Source: Negaprion brevirostris (lineage: Eukaryota). From it: a stretch of 64,000 nucleotides of DNA. The stretch covers positions 44,560,602 through 44,624,601 of the forward strand of contig JARDVH010000193.1 of assembly GCA_030324005.1 (NCBI GenBank). The letters run 5' to 3'. The stretch's first letter is position 1, and every line of letters starts with the position of its first letter. The notes under the pieces are model-generated. The model had not been told where the DNA came from. It ran no database searches and worked only from the letters and a program-made list of their open reading frames with translations. A program made the translations under genes and the position numbers. This document shows, one piece after another, positions 12,506 through 26,351 of the stretch.

Positions 12506-14099
12506 TGTTCGAGTTGTGCAGAGGAGCAGATTCAGGTCTCAGGTGGAATCACTCTCACATTTTCCTCCCCATCCGTTCTGAAGGTACTTGGCTGCTGCTT
12601 GATGTCTAGGCCAGTCTTCTCTAAGGCTGTCTCTCATTCATCTTTTAACACCACTGACCCCCTCAGTCTGCCTTCCATGCTCACTGTTGTACGATTATAA
12701 TTGCCATCTCTGCAGCCTTAATGTCAAAAGCAGATGTTGTTTCCTACATTACAACAGTGATTGCACTTAAAAAATACTAACTTAAGAAATTAAGAAATGA
12801 AAGCAGCTATAAACTACTCAGTCCTTCGAGCCTGCTCTGCCAACTCTCAGTTCTAAATAACCAGGCCCTTATTCTGAATTTCCCAGCCAGAGGAAATATT
12901 ATTCCTGTATCAATTCTAACAAGCTCTTAAGAATTTTATAGTTTCCTTGAGACACTAAAAGCTCATTGTGAAAGTTCTTTCTTTTATTGGGTTTGAGTGT
13001 GTATCCTCAGTTTTAGTTTTAGCTGGAATATTTCAATTTATACCAATTTCCATTCTGGAAAGCTGAAACCACTTCAAACTCAATTTCATGCAACCATTCA
13101 GATTTAAAATATGAAAAACTAAGGATATTTGTGCTGTTCATATCGCCAGCAGCTACCTCCTGAAGTCCACTATACCATCCACCCTCCACACTGTGCCTTC
13201 ATCCTCCTGTTCTCTGCAGTTTCTGCCACATTTCACCTAATTTTGAAGCCCACCACCTAGTCTCCCTCTATTGTCTCTAATCCAGTCAACTTCACTTGGT
13301 TGTTTGTGATGTCAGTCTCTCGCACCCGGCAACATCATTATTTCCTTTAAATCAATTACCTCTCCCCTATTCTTTTTGAGAATCCTAGAGCCCTTCAAAT
13401 AGTACATTCTGAAATCCTCCATTCCTCTTCATATCTGGAACATGCAACTATCTTGGAATTCTGTACCTATCGCTTTCAACTTCCTCCAATTAGATCTTAA
13501 TTCTGCCACAGAAAAGAGCTAAGACTCACCAATCACAAATTACATTGTGTGCAACTTTGGCTCCCCACATCTTCTCATTCACCTTAGCCTCTAACAATTG
13601 ATTGCATCGGCCCATTTTATTTCTCCTCTGCTGTTGACTTTTGGACATTGAGCCTTCTAGTTCTGCTACTACCTGATTCAACACAGGTATTATCTTGGTG
13701 ACAGCAGCCTCTTCTTTCTCCTTTGCTTGCATCCTTAGCTTTTTATAAAGTGTTCCAAACTACTACATATATTCATGGGGTGTAAAATACCTGTTGCACC
13801 CTCTTGATTGCACCTGTTGGTACTTGTATTCAGCAGGGCTGAGGAACAAGCCATGGCTAGCCTATGACTTCAGAATTAGTGCACTAGCATTCAAACATAA
13901 ATCGAGTGATTGATTGGAGAAATAAAATGTAAAACAGATGGTAGAGTGCCAAAAATAATCAGGAAGTTAAAGAAAGATTAACTGAACCCAAGCATCTGTG
14001 AACAATAAAAAATTGCATAGAACACTTAAGACATTTCATTTGGCAAAAATTTAAGAGTGCAAGTTATATAGGCCAAAGCTAAATTATTTTGCAAATATC

Positions 14100-14353
14100 T
14101 TCCATCAACAGCAATAAGATGAATGACTGTTTTTTCTTTTGATGGTATTTACTGAGTGAAGGATATTAGCAAGGATACAGTAGAACTTGCTGCTCTTATT
14201 ACAGCAGTGCAATAAGATGGGAACATTCACTCAAACAGGCAGATGGAACTTTGATTTAATTTAGCCTCTGAAAGATGGAATTTGTAACAATGCAGCATTG
14301 CTTCAGTACTCCACTGGTGTATCAGCCTAGTTAAGGCTCTCAAGTCTGGAGTG
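14100..14353 (-). mobile_element. Deu-domain SINE
   Basis: Reverse complement of the Deu core (actccagacttgagagcc...ctaggctgatacaccagtggagtactgaagcaatgctgcattgt). Confidence 0.7.
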
Positions 14354-15719
14354 AGCTCCCCAGTTCTTACGCTGTTGTCAAGGACTCAAAGAAACTTTGG
14401 AGACAATGCTAACACTTTGCAAAGAGAAGCTCCTCTCAGTGCTGTAATCTGAAATTTAAATGCATCACCACTCCGGAGAGAGTAAGTACATCATCACTAC
14501 AATAAATTAAAATTCTAAATTTAACTTTTTCTTGATCATTGCTTTCCATATAGTTTTTCCCCTTCCTTTTTTACAACAGTGCTTGTAAACAATAATTCTT
14601 GCAAACTCATAATTTAACTGCTACAAAGTTCTATTAAAACGCACTGACAGTGACCTTACTGATCTGACTCAAACATAAATTGTTCAGCAGTAGGCTAATG
14701 AGGAAAATCAGCCAAAAACATTATCCATGAGTATATTCTTGTCACCACATTATAGACAATACCTCAATCCTTCTAAGTGAAAGCACAGATACTGGATGTA
14801 GACTATTACCAAAGGCTGACCTTGAAGCTTATTTCCCTTGCTAAAATAACAAACTATCGAAGGGTGAAAGGAGAAGACTTTTAGGATTTAATTGTTTAAA
14901 AAACAGCTCCTTAAAAATTAAAATACAGTGTTATAGAATCAGTAATGACAGTATAAGAGCCCATTAAATCTACCAGACCTTTTTAGTTGTTCAAATACAA
15001 TGATCAAGTATTATCTAGTCTCTCATTTTTTTATACTATCCATTTGAAAATGCTTAACAATTCCCCTTTAACTTTTGCTAATTACAGGAAAACATTCCAT
15101 GTTTTAGTTAGAAGTTCAAAAGAAATCTTCCAGTTTCTCCCTTTTGGAGCCAATCTTGGGAGTTATATGTGTGTTAGCCATTTACCACCCAGTGGAAACC
15201 ATCCTATTACTTACCATCTCAAAATTTTTCACTATTTTGAAAACATTTGAGAATATCCTGCCCACCACCACCTTCCTTAATCCTCCCTACTCCAGTGAAA
15301 GTGAGTGATTTTCTTTAGACACATTTAGTAACAGAATGTGAAAATTGTGTTGCAAGTTTGCATTCACTATCAATAAAGTGATCTAAGTAACCTCTTCAGT
15401 GAAAGCAGCTGCAGGGTTTTAAATTTTTTACACTAACTTTACATCAAAAATGTCAATTAAAGCTTCATGGTTTCTTCATAGGGCAGCAAGGAGAAACGTG
15501 GCCCATCAACTCATTTGGAATTTGGGGCATTGAATGTGCATCATTTTAACCAAGTGTTTAACCTTTTTCATCCATTACTGTGCATGCTTATTTTAACAAA
15601 ATTAATAAGCTGTTGCTAATTTGCAATTTATAGACTATTTGTAGCAACGGAAAGACATATATGACCAACTACAAAAAATCTATGGGCACAAGTTATTAAA
15701 AAATTCAACAGCAATTTAG

Positions 15720-18700
15720 CACATGACTGTGTATTTTAATAAAAATAATTCTGTCAAAATACAACAGAATACATTTTGTTTTAACATATTTCTAGTACAT
15801 ATTTTGTTTTTTTTTGTGTTTTGCTTTTGTTTTAAAAGTTTCTCAAATGTTCATGCTCGTACTGGGTAATTTTTGCTTCACAAATACTTACTATGCTCAA
15901 ACTGAACAACCATTGTACTTGTGCACAACTTGTGTGTTCATTTATTGAATTCATAACAAAACTAAACTGATATTGAGCATGGAGCAGAAATTAGTTCATG
16001 AGTATTGTGTTGGTAAAATGAAACATCTTGCTTCACATTCCATGCTGTAATTGTATGCATCATACCTGAGTTTGGAGCAACAAAAGAAAATCATTAAATT
16101 ACAATGTATACATTTTATACTGTATACAGAATTTAAAATTTTATTATCACCCTTCCCTTCCTTTAAACAAAATGACTATAGTTTCAAGCTGAGCACAGTT
16201 AAGTACACAAAACTAGAATTACTAGATTAACAGAACTTGTAAATCTTTAAATAGTGTCACACCATTTGTATTGTTTTATTCTAAAAAAAATTAAAATAAA
16301 AAAAAAATCAGCATAGTTTTGCAGAGCCCAACCAAGGGAAAAGAGCGCACACAAAAAAATCAAAGCCATGCTTCAGTACACTTCATAACATCAGGAAAAT
16401 GAGCCCTCCTGTTCCCATATTTCAAAGTGCCTGGTACAAACTCAAAAAGCATCAAGCTCAGGGTTTTGTGAGAGTGCAAACGTAAATTATTGTTAAATTG
16501 CAGCATGCTTCTCTTTCTAAATTGCTGTTTGGCCATATTCAGAATTAGAACTCATTTGGGAAATTCAGAAGAAAGAGAAGATTGGAGAGGTAAATTGATA
16601 CCACTTTTCTTCAACGTGCCAGAGTTTGTACACTGTCTCCCGAATCAGCAAAACACTTCAGTTGCGTCAAGAGTAGCTAGCTGCATGAGAAGGGGTGGGT
16701 GTGGAGGGGGCGGAGAGACAGTAAGACTGAAAACATAGTTAGAAAGAAAATTTAAAATGGTGCATAATTGCAGCCGTAAGATGTTAGTGAGAAAATATGC
16801 AAATTATAGCATTGTTTCCAATGACGAATGTCAGAAAATGAAATCAAACTTTAATTTAAAATGATCATTTTAGATTGTCTCATGAAGGTGACAACATCAA
16901 CCTCACCACTGATTGAAAGACATTTTAAAAAAACAAGAATGGAAAATACATGGTTTCACAAAGCTGTTAGTAGCTTGTCATATAGTATGACACCTCCATT
17001 CACATTCAAACATACCTAGTACACAATACAGTTTTCCAGCTTACAGTGACAAGTCGGCTGAAAGTGTGACCAATCAGTTGCCTTGTCTCCAACACAGCTG
17101 TTGCTGGTTAATTATTTGTAAATATACAATACTGAATACATGTTGCTAAATTACAGTATGTCATTTGTCCAGGCTTTCCAAAATTAGCAATTTGTCAGCG
17201 AATCAATGTTCTATACAGATAAATGCCCAATGCTTTGGCGTTTTAATTTATTTTTACTCCTATTATGGGGGGTGGGGGGGGATGGTTTGGCATTTAGGTT
17301 CTGGTTTGGCAAGTGCAATTTTTTATATATAAAAGGTCACTAGCAGCCAGTCGTAAAAACACTTAGCTGACAACCCAATTTAATTAACTTTTAAAAATTA
17401 AAAGTTCTTCAATTGTAGGTCAGTTTGAAATATCAAGACTCCCAATTTCTAGACAGATCTCCAACAAATGGCAGGCTAATATAGTGTCAATTTCCAGATT
17501 ATCAGCTAATGACAGTGCACTGTTCAGCAACAGAAATTGACCCAACTTCTTGTTTCTGATTCAATGTGCCTTGATGGGAATATAGTCACAAACTTTCTGA
17601 GACAGCCTGATGAACAAAATAGGGGATTGATCGCTACAAAAAAAAATGTTTCATTTCTAAAGTCAGTATTATCCAACATATTAGCCACTTGCCATATCTA
17701 TTCAATTCAGAATTGGCAAATTCCATTCCATTTCTGATTAGTAAATAAGAAATGGGTAGGCGATCCCAATATTCATTTGTATGGCATATGCACATGTACT
17801 TTAATCTTTTGTGCATTTAATGGTAAAATGTACAAATATTTTTTGATTGTTGTGAGTGCTTTATGATCTCCTTGGTTAATAAATGGTGGTAGATGCTAAA
17901 TAAATATACACTACTCACATTTACTTGTTTTGTGCAACGCATTTTCTACTTAATTTAGTGCACGTGGCTAAAGTGGCATTACTGTAGCCCTAGCTGGAGC
18001 TAGTCAGCAATTATTATTGGACAACACTGTACAAACAAGTATGTATGCCTTTTCAAATAACCAAATTGTCGATCTTTCTTTTCCAGGATAAGCTTGATGC
18101 ATTTTAATTGATGGGAGAAATGTGTGAATTAATCTCCATAACCACCCTGCACAAACAGAATTGAATCTGAAATAGAACATACTCAATCAGGTTGTGCCCT
18201 GATAACACTCATGTTAAAGTTAATGCAGTTTTAAAATAACGTTGGGTTTGTTAACAGATTACAGATGACCTTCAAAGGAACATCCCACAATACATTTTTT
18301 TGAAGGGGAAGTATACATCATTACCTGTTGGTTATCTAGACTATTAACTTTCAGAAAGTAACAAACAATCCAGCAACCAGAAGGTATCTAATCTCCAAAA
18401 ATGAAAACAGCTGTGAATGTATTAGTGTCAGTCTACAGTTAATACTTAGTTTTATGTTACAGTGGTCCTTAGAAGCCAGGTGGAAGCAAATATGATGGGA
18501 AATTCCTGTCCTCCCCTGGATGGAAAAGTGGATTGGGTACCAAACACTTCTCCCTGGCATACTGTATGTTGAAAAGTGGAAGATCTACAAAGAATGTATG
18601 CTGCTCTTAATCAAATTCCTCTAAAAACAAAGCTGGAGTAATGACATATACCTAATTAGGACCAGAGAAGAGTTACCAGTGTAATATAAATTCGTTTCAA

Positions 18701-21700
18701 AAAAAAGTTCAGATTGTGGATCAATTTCACAGACTGCTCTTAACTAGCCTCATGAAAATCCAAATAAAAGGCATTAACTGTAAGGCAAGTCTGATCAGGA
18801 CACCTAAGTCTTGCATCTTAAAAAGCTGGACCTTCAAAACGATGAGAGATGAATTCAAGAGGGCGCCAATGCCCCATTGAACCTTATCAAAAAAGATTGG
18901 TTAAAATTAACATTGATGTAGTCAAATTGTTCTGTTGAAAATAAAAAGGCCAAATGTAAATCACACCTGAAACCACCTGGTGTTTCCCACATTGCGCTGT
19001 ACAATGTGCCAGACACTACTATTACTGAAAACTGCTTGGGGTATTCAACAGTGTGTACAAGATCAATCAGCATTAGGAATCATACATGGTTTTTAATAAT
19101 TTCCATTAAAAAAAATCTAAAAAGGAATGTTGTTTCTTTTAAAAATCTAAAGATCATATGGTTCTTGCAGCTCAGTGAATTATTGCTCCATTTCCCTCAT
19201 TCATTTCTGCATCACACTCCATCCTATATTTTATGCTCTACCATACATTTGGAGGGGATCAAGTAATTATCTATGGATACAGATTTTCATAAATCCTTTT
19301 AAAACATCAGTACATATAGTGACATTCAGCAGGTGAAATCAGACCCAGTCAGGGAGTAGCTGGTAATTTCCATTCCCATGTAATGCAGAAAATACAACTC
19401 CAGAAGCCTTTGATACTTTGACATCCTCAACAGGTTTTCCTCCATATATCCTCAGCTGAATTTTACTGCCTTAAGTTCAAATCCTAGCTTCATTGGGAAA
19501 AATGTGCCTTACTTTAGTGGAGACTCATTGGCAAATTTCACTAATTGTTAGCTATGCTTGGAAGAGCAAACTGATGGGCCCTGTCACATCTTCAGTCAGG
19601 CAATCACAAGGTAGCTCTGAAGACATCCATGTTTACATCCTCTTGAAGCAGAGAGGGGGTGGGGGGCCTCAATTGGGGGAAAACCAATTGAGGAGAAAAC
19701 AATTATAGTGATCACATTAGCCCAATCCCAGAGGTTTAAACTTTGGATGATGCCAGGATTGTTCTACAGTCAGGTTTGTGTTCACTGTGTGTAAGTTTGG
19801 GTGCATATCTGCCTAGGTAAGCTTGGCATTTGGATGACATGAAACATCTTGGTTTCTTCCATCTCTCAACGAGCTGAAACTTAGCAACATCAATATGTTA
19901 ACAGGGATCTTGCATTTACAACAGTCTATTATTTGAACATTATGGGTTGCACAAGTGCTTAAATATTAACACGTACATTAAAAAAATCAATCACGCAATG
20001 TTGAAATACCCGATCAAAATTCAATAACTAAAATTCTCAGTAAACATCCAAACAAATATCAGATTTTTCCCATATGCTGCACCAGAGAACAGTGCAATGA
20101 ATAGTCATGCTTCCCTGCCATACTTTACAAGTTTCAGAGGTCAGCTGAGCAGAACTGATGTTGCCCTTCAGAACAGATCAGTTCTGCATACCCCCCTGTG
20201 GCAGATTAATGTGGAATAGGCAGAGACCTGGGGAAGCTGCCTGGCTGCCCTCTGGCAGAGAACAGTGCCCAACAGCGGCTGGGAGTGGATGGAAGGGGAA
20301 TCATGGGGGGAAATAATGAATTAAAAGTAAACATGGAATTTTTAAAAAACAGATTTGTAATGCTAACGTAGATCTGTAACATTTTAAGAAATTTGGCCAA
20401 AAAACCAAAAAAAGGAAGTTCAATATTAGCAAAACATTGGTTATAAATGACAACTATGCTGAAGCTGTAGAAGTGTGTTTTTATCAATAACCTACCCTAC
20501 ACTGCACCACTACATTCTTTGCAGAGGTTTGGTAAATTTTAATTAAAACAAAACTACCTTTTCTCGCCCATGATGTGACAAAAAACGCTCTAGGAAATGG
20601 TGGGAGTGGGGGCGCACTGCATTATCTGAACCCTAAGATGGAGTTTCGCTTTGCTTGCCGACATTAGTGGTCTTGCATAAGCTTTCCATTTTCCTTCATA
20701 TTTCACTTTTCAAGTATTACCAAAGTGGTTCCACCTTTTACTAAACTTGTGTTTAGGAACATCATTACTTCCTGCAACTACCATAGTTTGTAATTTTGGC
20801 TCCCTTGTTCCACTCTGATCACCAAGTTCTATTACAGGCACTCAGGCAAATCAACAGCAGGAAGGCAAGTAAATTGTCATTGGATCATGAGATCCTTGGG
20901 CATTAAAACCTCATGCTTATTGGAGCAGTATTCTACTATAATGTGCACAAGGTACATGTCCGATCGAGCACCGATGCAGTCTTTCATTTCCTTTCTGAAA
21001 TTTGCTGTAAACTATATCTGATTTAATTCAGGGAGAAAGGAACTGGATTTAACAACAAATGCTAACTCAATGACTCATTGGATCTGAATTAGAATAGCAC
21101 CAATATAAAAAGAAACTTATGAGGAGGTAATAAGTCTATTGTTTTCTTAAAAGAACTATTAAATGCCAGCACTTCAATCTCACTCTGCTCAGTGAACAAT
21201 TGCACAATGCAGTTCACAACTGGGAAGTTAAATAATCCAGCTCCTATTCTGTTTTTACTGGCTATCAATTTGAATGACTATTCAGATTTTGCCTAATTCA
21301 TGATCATTACTTCTTGTCCAATTGGCAACATTCTTCTTTTGGATAATTACTGACTTATAGAAATAGTGGACTTCTAAGTAGTTAGATTCCCAATTATGAC
21401 ACTCAAGACAGCCAGAGGAATCTACAGCACAGTAAATTTCTTGGTTCATCTCCGGAATTCTGTTATCCTGATGTTTTCTGGGGAGTTAAGCCCTCTGTTG
21501 ATGTAATAACCTTATGATTGCTTCTGTGTGACTTTTAGGTGGGACTGATCAGACAGACATGGCTAACTGGTTGCTTTTGAAGTTTTAGTGGCTTGTGAAA
21601 AACCAAGATGGATTGCTCAATTAATGATATTGTAGTGGTAAATTGGAAACATGAAATCAGTGCTGTGATAATCAGGTAACAGTAGAATAAGTCACTAGCC

Positions 21701-22821
21701 AACTAATTTTCCCAGAGGTTAATTTGTATTATAAGAAAACATATTAAGAAAATCCTTCCATGAAGGGTGCTGTATAGTAAATCTGCAGAAATGTATACTT
21801 TCAACTGCCTAAATAGCCTTAGCTGTGCTTTCCTCAGCCCCTAGAAAGTTTACTAGCTTTGCATCCCAATTACAGTTGTCTATCAGTATTGCCATCCTAC
21901 TCCCAACACTGTTTTATTTCTTGCTAACAAATGACCTAAAGAACTGGTGACACTGATATTGGAAGGGAAGGCCTGATGGAGGCATCAGTTTGAGAATGTG
22001 ATTTGAATGCAAGAGCTCAAAGTACGAGGCTGCTCCGAACTCACATTCTACGTATTCCAACATAATATGGGTTTTAAAACAAGACCTCCAATAAGAAACT
22101 AGTGGAAGTTATGGCTATGCAACTAGAGGCTGATCGGCAGAAAAGCAAAACCAAACAGCAAGGTGATAATGAGCAGCATTGTTCCACACAAGTACAGGCA
22201 GAACAGGTAAAAGATGTAAACCAAATGTGGCTGATTACTGGGGCTGTAACAAACCATGAGTTGTATTTTTTGGCAAAGGATTGGGGTGAAAGAGAGGGGC
22301 ATTTAGAGCTTTGGCAATAGTACCTACCAAAGCTTTGGGTGTCTATAGGTTTTCTGCCAAAGGAAATGGGGACTGGACATGAAGCGCTATGATTAATGCT
22401 GGAGAATAAAACATCAGGTAATGCTATTACAAACCAAAGGCTTTATTTGAGCCTTGTTAAATAATATAAATGCTTAAAGCTTCAAAATGTTGAGTTTTGT
22501 TACAGCCCTAATGATAACCAGTAAACAACAGAGGCTAGCACAGGACAAAACCTCCAGAGCTAAATACTGGTGGCTCAGTGACTAAGAAATCAAAGAGAAA
22601 TATACTATGTTTGTACCGTGCACAACTGCACCCATGATCTCTTTCAAAATGCAATGCATTCAGTCGTGTAACCTGATAAAATGTAACAAGGATGCTGGCA
22701 AGAAGAGAGATTGGTCAGCACCCGTCTGATGGGCAGTGCGATGGTCTTCAAGAAGAGGGGAGGGGCTGTTGTAGGTCTTGAACAGGAGGTGAAGGGGCAG
22801 TATCTGAGGTCTTTCCACTGC
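15720..22821 (-). other. RANBP10: Probable long 3' UTR of RANBP10 (terminal exon; its coding part is presumably in the gap at 22822-23432)
   Basis: Lies downstream of the last visible coding exon. About 7 kb with no recognisable transposon in an otherwise repeat-dense window. AU-rich, with minus-strand poly(A) signals near its distal end. Confidence 0.6.
15735..15740 (-). promoter_or_regulatory. Candidate polyadenylation signal ATTAAA (alternative AATAAA at 15941-15946)
   Basis: Plus-strand tttaat (15735-15740) and tttatt (15941-15946) at the distal end of the TE-free tract. Confidence 0.4.
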
Positions 22822-23432
22822 NNNNNNNNNNNNNNNNNNNNNNNNNNNNNNNNNNNNNNNNNNNNNNNNNNNNNNNNNNNNNNNNNNNNNNNNNNNNNNN
22901 NNNNNNNNNNNNNNNNNNNNNNNNNNNNNNNNNNNNNNNNNNNNNNNNNNNNNNNNNNNNNNNNNNNNNNNNNNNNNNNNNNNNNNNNNNNNNNNNNNNN
23001 NNNNNNNNNNNNNNNNNNNNNNNNNNNNNNNNNNNNNNNNNNNNNNNNNNNNNNNNNNNNNNNNNNNNNNNNNNNNNNNNNNNNNNNNNNNNNNNNNNNN
23101 NNNNNNNNNNNNNNNNNNNNNNNNNNNNNNNNNNNNNNNNNNNNNNNNNNNNNNNNNNNNNNNNNNNNNNNNNNNNNNNNNNNNNNNNNNNNNNNNNNNN
23201 NNNNNNNNNNNNNNNNNNNNNNNNNNNNNNNNNNNNNNNNNNNNNNNNNNNNNNNNNNNNNNNNNNNNNNNNNNNNNNNNNNNNNNNNNNNNNNNNNNNN
23301 NNNNNNNNNNNNNNNNNNNNNNNNNNNNNNNNNNNNNNNNNNNNNNNNNNNNNNNNNNNNNNNNNNNNNNNNNNNNNNNNNNNNNNNNNNNNNNNNNNNN
23401 NNNNNNNNNNNNNNNNNNNNNNNNNNNNNNNN

Positions 23433-23954
23433 GTGGTTGGACCCCCCCCACAAGGCCCTGCTCCAGCAGGCCCTGCCCCCTTGGCACTGCTCCATGCCTG
23501 ATGGGTAGTGCCAGGCAGCACAGGCTGGCACTGTCAGGGTGCCCAAACCTTGGGGCACTAACCCCCTGCCACCCAACCCTTTGGGGGGGCCCTGATTGTC
23601 TCCCCCCTTCACTCCGGTGGGGTTGCCCTGATAGTTCCCTGAAAATGAGAAGCCACTGTAATCCCCACTGAAGTGAAACAATCTGGCGAAGTGGTAGGTG
23701 ATAGCGGTTCTGGAAAATTCGGTCCCGGACCCGCTAATAGCATTTAAATAGTATGCACAATACTATGTAAATGCTAGCTCTGCATCTCAGCCATATTTCA
23801 GTGCCACACAGATGCCGCCGCCACCAGAAATCCAGGCCTAGGAGATGCAAATATGGAGTGAATATTCACGGGAATCCCACAAATTGGCCGACACACAATT
23901 CTCCTGGCCCACTGTGCTAAAAAATTAGCGCAGTGGGATGGGAGAATTGCACCC
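23433..23954. mobile_element. GC-rich non-autonomous DNA element (Harbinger-like MITE), left end in gap
   Basis: GC-rich body ending in gggagaattgcaccc, a terminus similar to the MITE at 37299-37959. Confidence 0.55.
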
Positions 23955-24364
23955 ATTGTATTTTAACTCACTCATTTCTCCTCTCAAAAGGAGTACTCAT
24001 AACAGGTGATAAGATTATTTCAGATTTTACCATGTGTTCCATACAACAACTAGACTGAGAATAAGCTACATATATTAGAGCAACTGATTTTAGCTTCAAC
24101 CGAATCTTGCCTTAGGAAGTTTTTTCCTTACTGTCGAGTGTTGTTTCATTAGCTTACTGTTAGTGTGTGACTTAACAGAGGAGTTGATACTACGAAACAG
24201 CAGGAAACCAGCAGCTGATGCAAAAATGTGACACTTTACAAGACCAAGTTAGGTCTGATATCACTTGGCGATGATGCAATATTAATTTTGGTTGCTAACC
24301 CATTTTAATCTGGTTATTTTGAAGACTAGCTGGCATGTGCCAGAAAAAATGCTCAACAACTTCC

Positions 24365-24540
24365 CTCTGAGGGAGTGCTGCTGCACTTTCAGATATGGTC
24401 TTTTGGATGACATATTAATCCAAGGTCCCCTACGCCCTGTCAAATGGACACTTTGAAGAGCAGAAGTCTCCCAGGCCTTGACCAACACTTATTCTTCAAT
24501 CAATAATCAAAATAAATGATCTGATCACATTTCATTGTGA
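24365..24540 (+). mobile_element. Deu-domain SINE
   Basis: ctgagggagtgctgctgcact...ttttggatgacatattaatccaaggtcccc matches the Deu core as I recall it. Confidence 0.7.
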
Positions 24541-25020
24541 TAAGAGGCCTGAAGGAGTCAGACTGGGTGGAGCGATATATTGGCTGGGCTGATTGGAAAT
24601 ATGGATTTGGGAAAACACATTGTGTTCCACAGGAATGAATTTTACACTTTTCTCAAAAACAGAGCTCTTTCTTTGTTGGTGCCCATTGGAGAAAGCAAAG
24701 AACTGCAAGCAGTGCAGACTAGCTTCCTTTGTCACTCAATTTCTCAGGACAGAGGAGTACTAACATGCATGGTTAGCCCCCCCATTTGCAGACGTAAGCA
24801 CAGTCATATCTGTTACATGCAGCCAGCCCTGTAGCCCAAGAAGCAGCCTGACTAAATCAGGTTGGAAAGTCTTTCACTCCTCCTTTGGTTGTGGGACACT
24901 GAGGCCCAAAACTGGGCTTTGTAAAACCGACAAAATGAAGTCCAATTTCTATCTCAATTACTATGTAAACAGACTCCAAGCTGCTCAAGTCATTCATGCT
25001 CTTTTTATTTTGCTGCTTAC

Positions 25021-25132
25021 CTAAAATAGCACTATTAAGGGCAGCACAGATTGGTTCCCTCTGGATTGGGTCAAGCTGCTGGCCAACTGGACAGCTCCAA
25101 GGATCCGAGTATGCTAGCAGGCTAAAAGCATC
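25021..25132 (-). CDS. RANBP10: RANBP10 exon 13 equivalent, CRA domain, 112 nt
   Basis: ttcttctccag|GAT GCT TTT...ATT TTA G|gtaagc. Translation [37 protein letters not shown]. Confidence 0.96.
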
Positions 25133-26129
25133 CTGGAGAAGAAAAATAAAAGTTGTGCCAAAACATTAAAAATAAGCTTTATCACCCCTTCAAGTTTCTT
25201 TGCTTCCAACTTTATTTTTGTACCTTCTTTCTCAAATATAAATATTGCCTTCATCTTTAAAAAAGTCTTCTCTAAGACCTCTTCTAATGTTGTTCTTAAG
25301 CTGGGGGGCGGCTGGATCACAGCCTGTCAGAACATTCTGGCTTTTTATTGCCACATTGCTACAGGGGGCATAGCAATCAAGATGTCAGCGAAGTGAACAA
25401 TACTCTTTCAACATCCCTTTGTGTCACAATGTTCTGATATATAAGCACAGAACATGATTTGTCTGGATAAAAGTCAAAAATAGCAGTACAGTATATTTCT
25501 CAGAAAGGATCTGGGGGAAAAAGTTTAAATGCTTTAAATATTGGTGTTTCAAAGCAAAGTTTACAAGTTTAAAAATTAAAAACCTAGAAAATATTATTAT
25601 TTTATTTTCTGTACAAAGATATGAACATTTAAACTTTTCCACTGTAGTGACTTGTCTTGCTTAATTTCAGCAAAAAAGTGTCCTGTATTCTAATCTTCCA
25701 AGTTTGACAATGACTGGTCATATGTCTCACCCTTACCCATAAGCATTTCTGTCCCTACTTTTATCACCCATTACTCACAACTAAAAACAAACCCTACCTA
25801 TCATTTATTGANNNNNNNNNNNNNNNNNNNNNNNNNNNNNNNNNNNNNNNNNNNNNNNNNNNNNNNNNNNNNNNNNNNNNNNNNNNNNNNNNNNNNNNNN
25901 NNNNNNNNNNNCCAGCTAAGCTCAATTGCGCTCCCAAGCTCTCTCAGCTTCTGCCCCTATTGCTGGCAGCACCATAGTTAGCCCACACTGACCTCTCCAT
26001 CCTGCGTTTTCAGACAGATTTTTAAAAAAGTATACACCTTCATGGGTGATTCCAGTAGACTATATACCAGTATCACCTTCATCTTGAAGCTCTACGAATG
26101 GAGCTGGAGTGGGATTTGGATTGCAGGCA

Positions 26130-26350
26130 TTTGGGTTGTATTTTCACTCAAACTGAGCTCTAGCTCATTGTCAACTTCCTCTCTGAAGCATGTGAGAAAA
26201 TAGGCCTTTTGTTAAATACCTGAAAAGCTAAAGCCCTCTTCCAACCAGCTCTCAGAGCACCACCCCCCATCGATTAAGATCTACAGTGGGAATCTGGAGA
26301 ATTTTGACCATTTCTGTATCTCTGAAGTCCCCTCTCAATGAAGGCAGACA
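26130..26350 (+). mobile_element. RTE-clade LINE RT fragment
   Basis: Degenerate translation HSxxELxLIVN...CEKIGLLLN.xKAKALFQP...NFDHF, resembling the RTE/BovB region after YADD. Confidence 0.6.
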
Positions 26351-26351
26351 T

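Noticed and set aside
793-15700. Promoter or first exon of a downstream neighbouring gene
   Set aside because: No CpG island or recognisable coding exon was found; the region is mostly decayed repeats.
22644-23681. Long ORFs in the track (also 39193-39933, 61590-62005, 27975-28334)
   Set aside because: Artefacts of translating through N runs.
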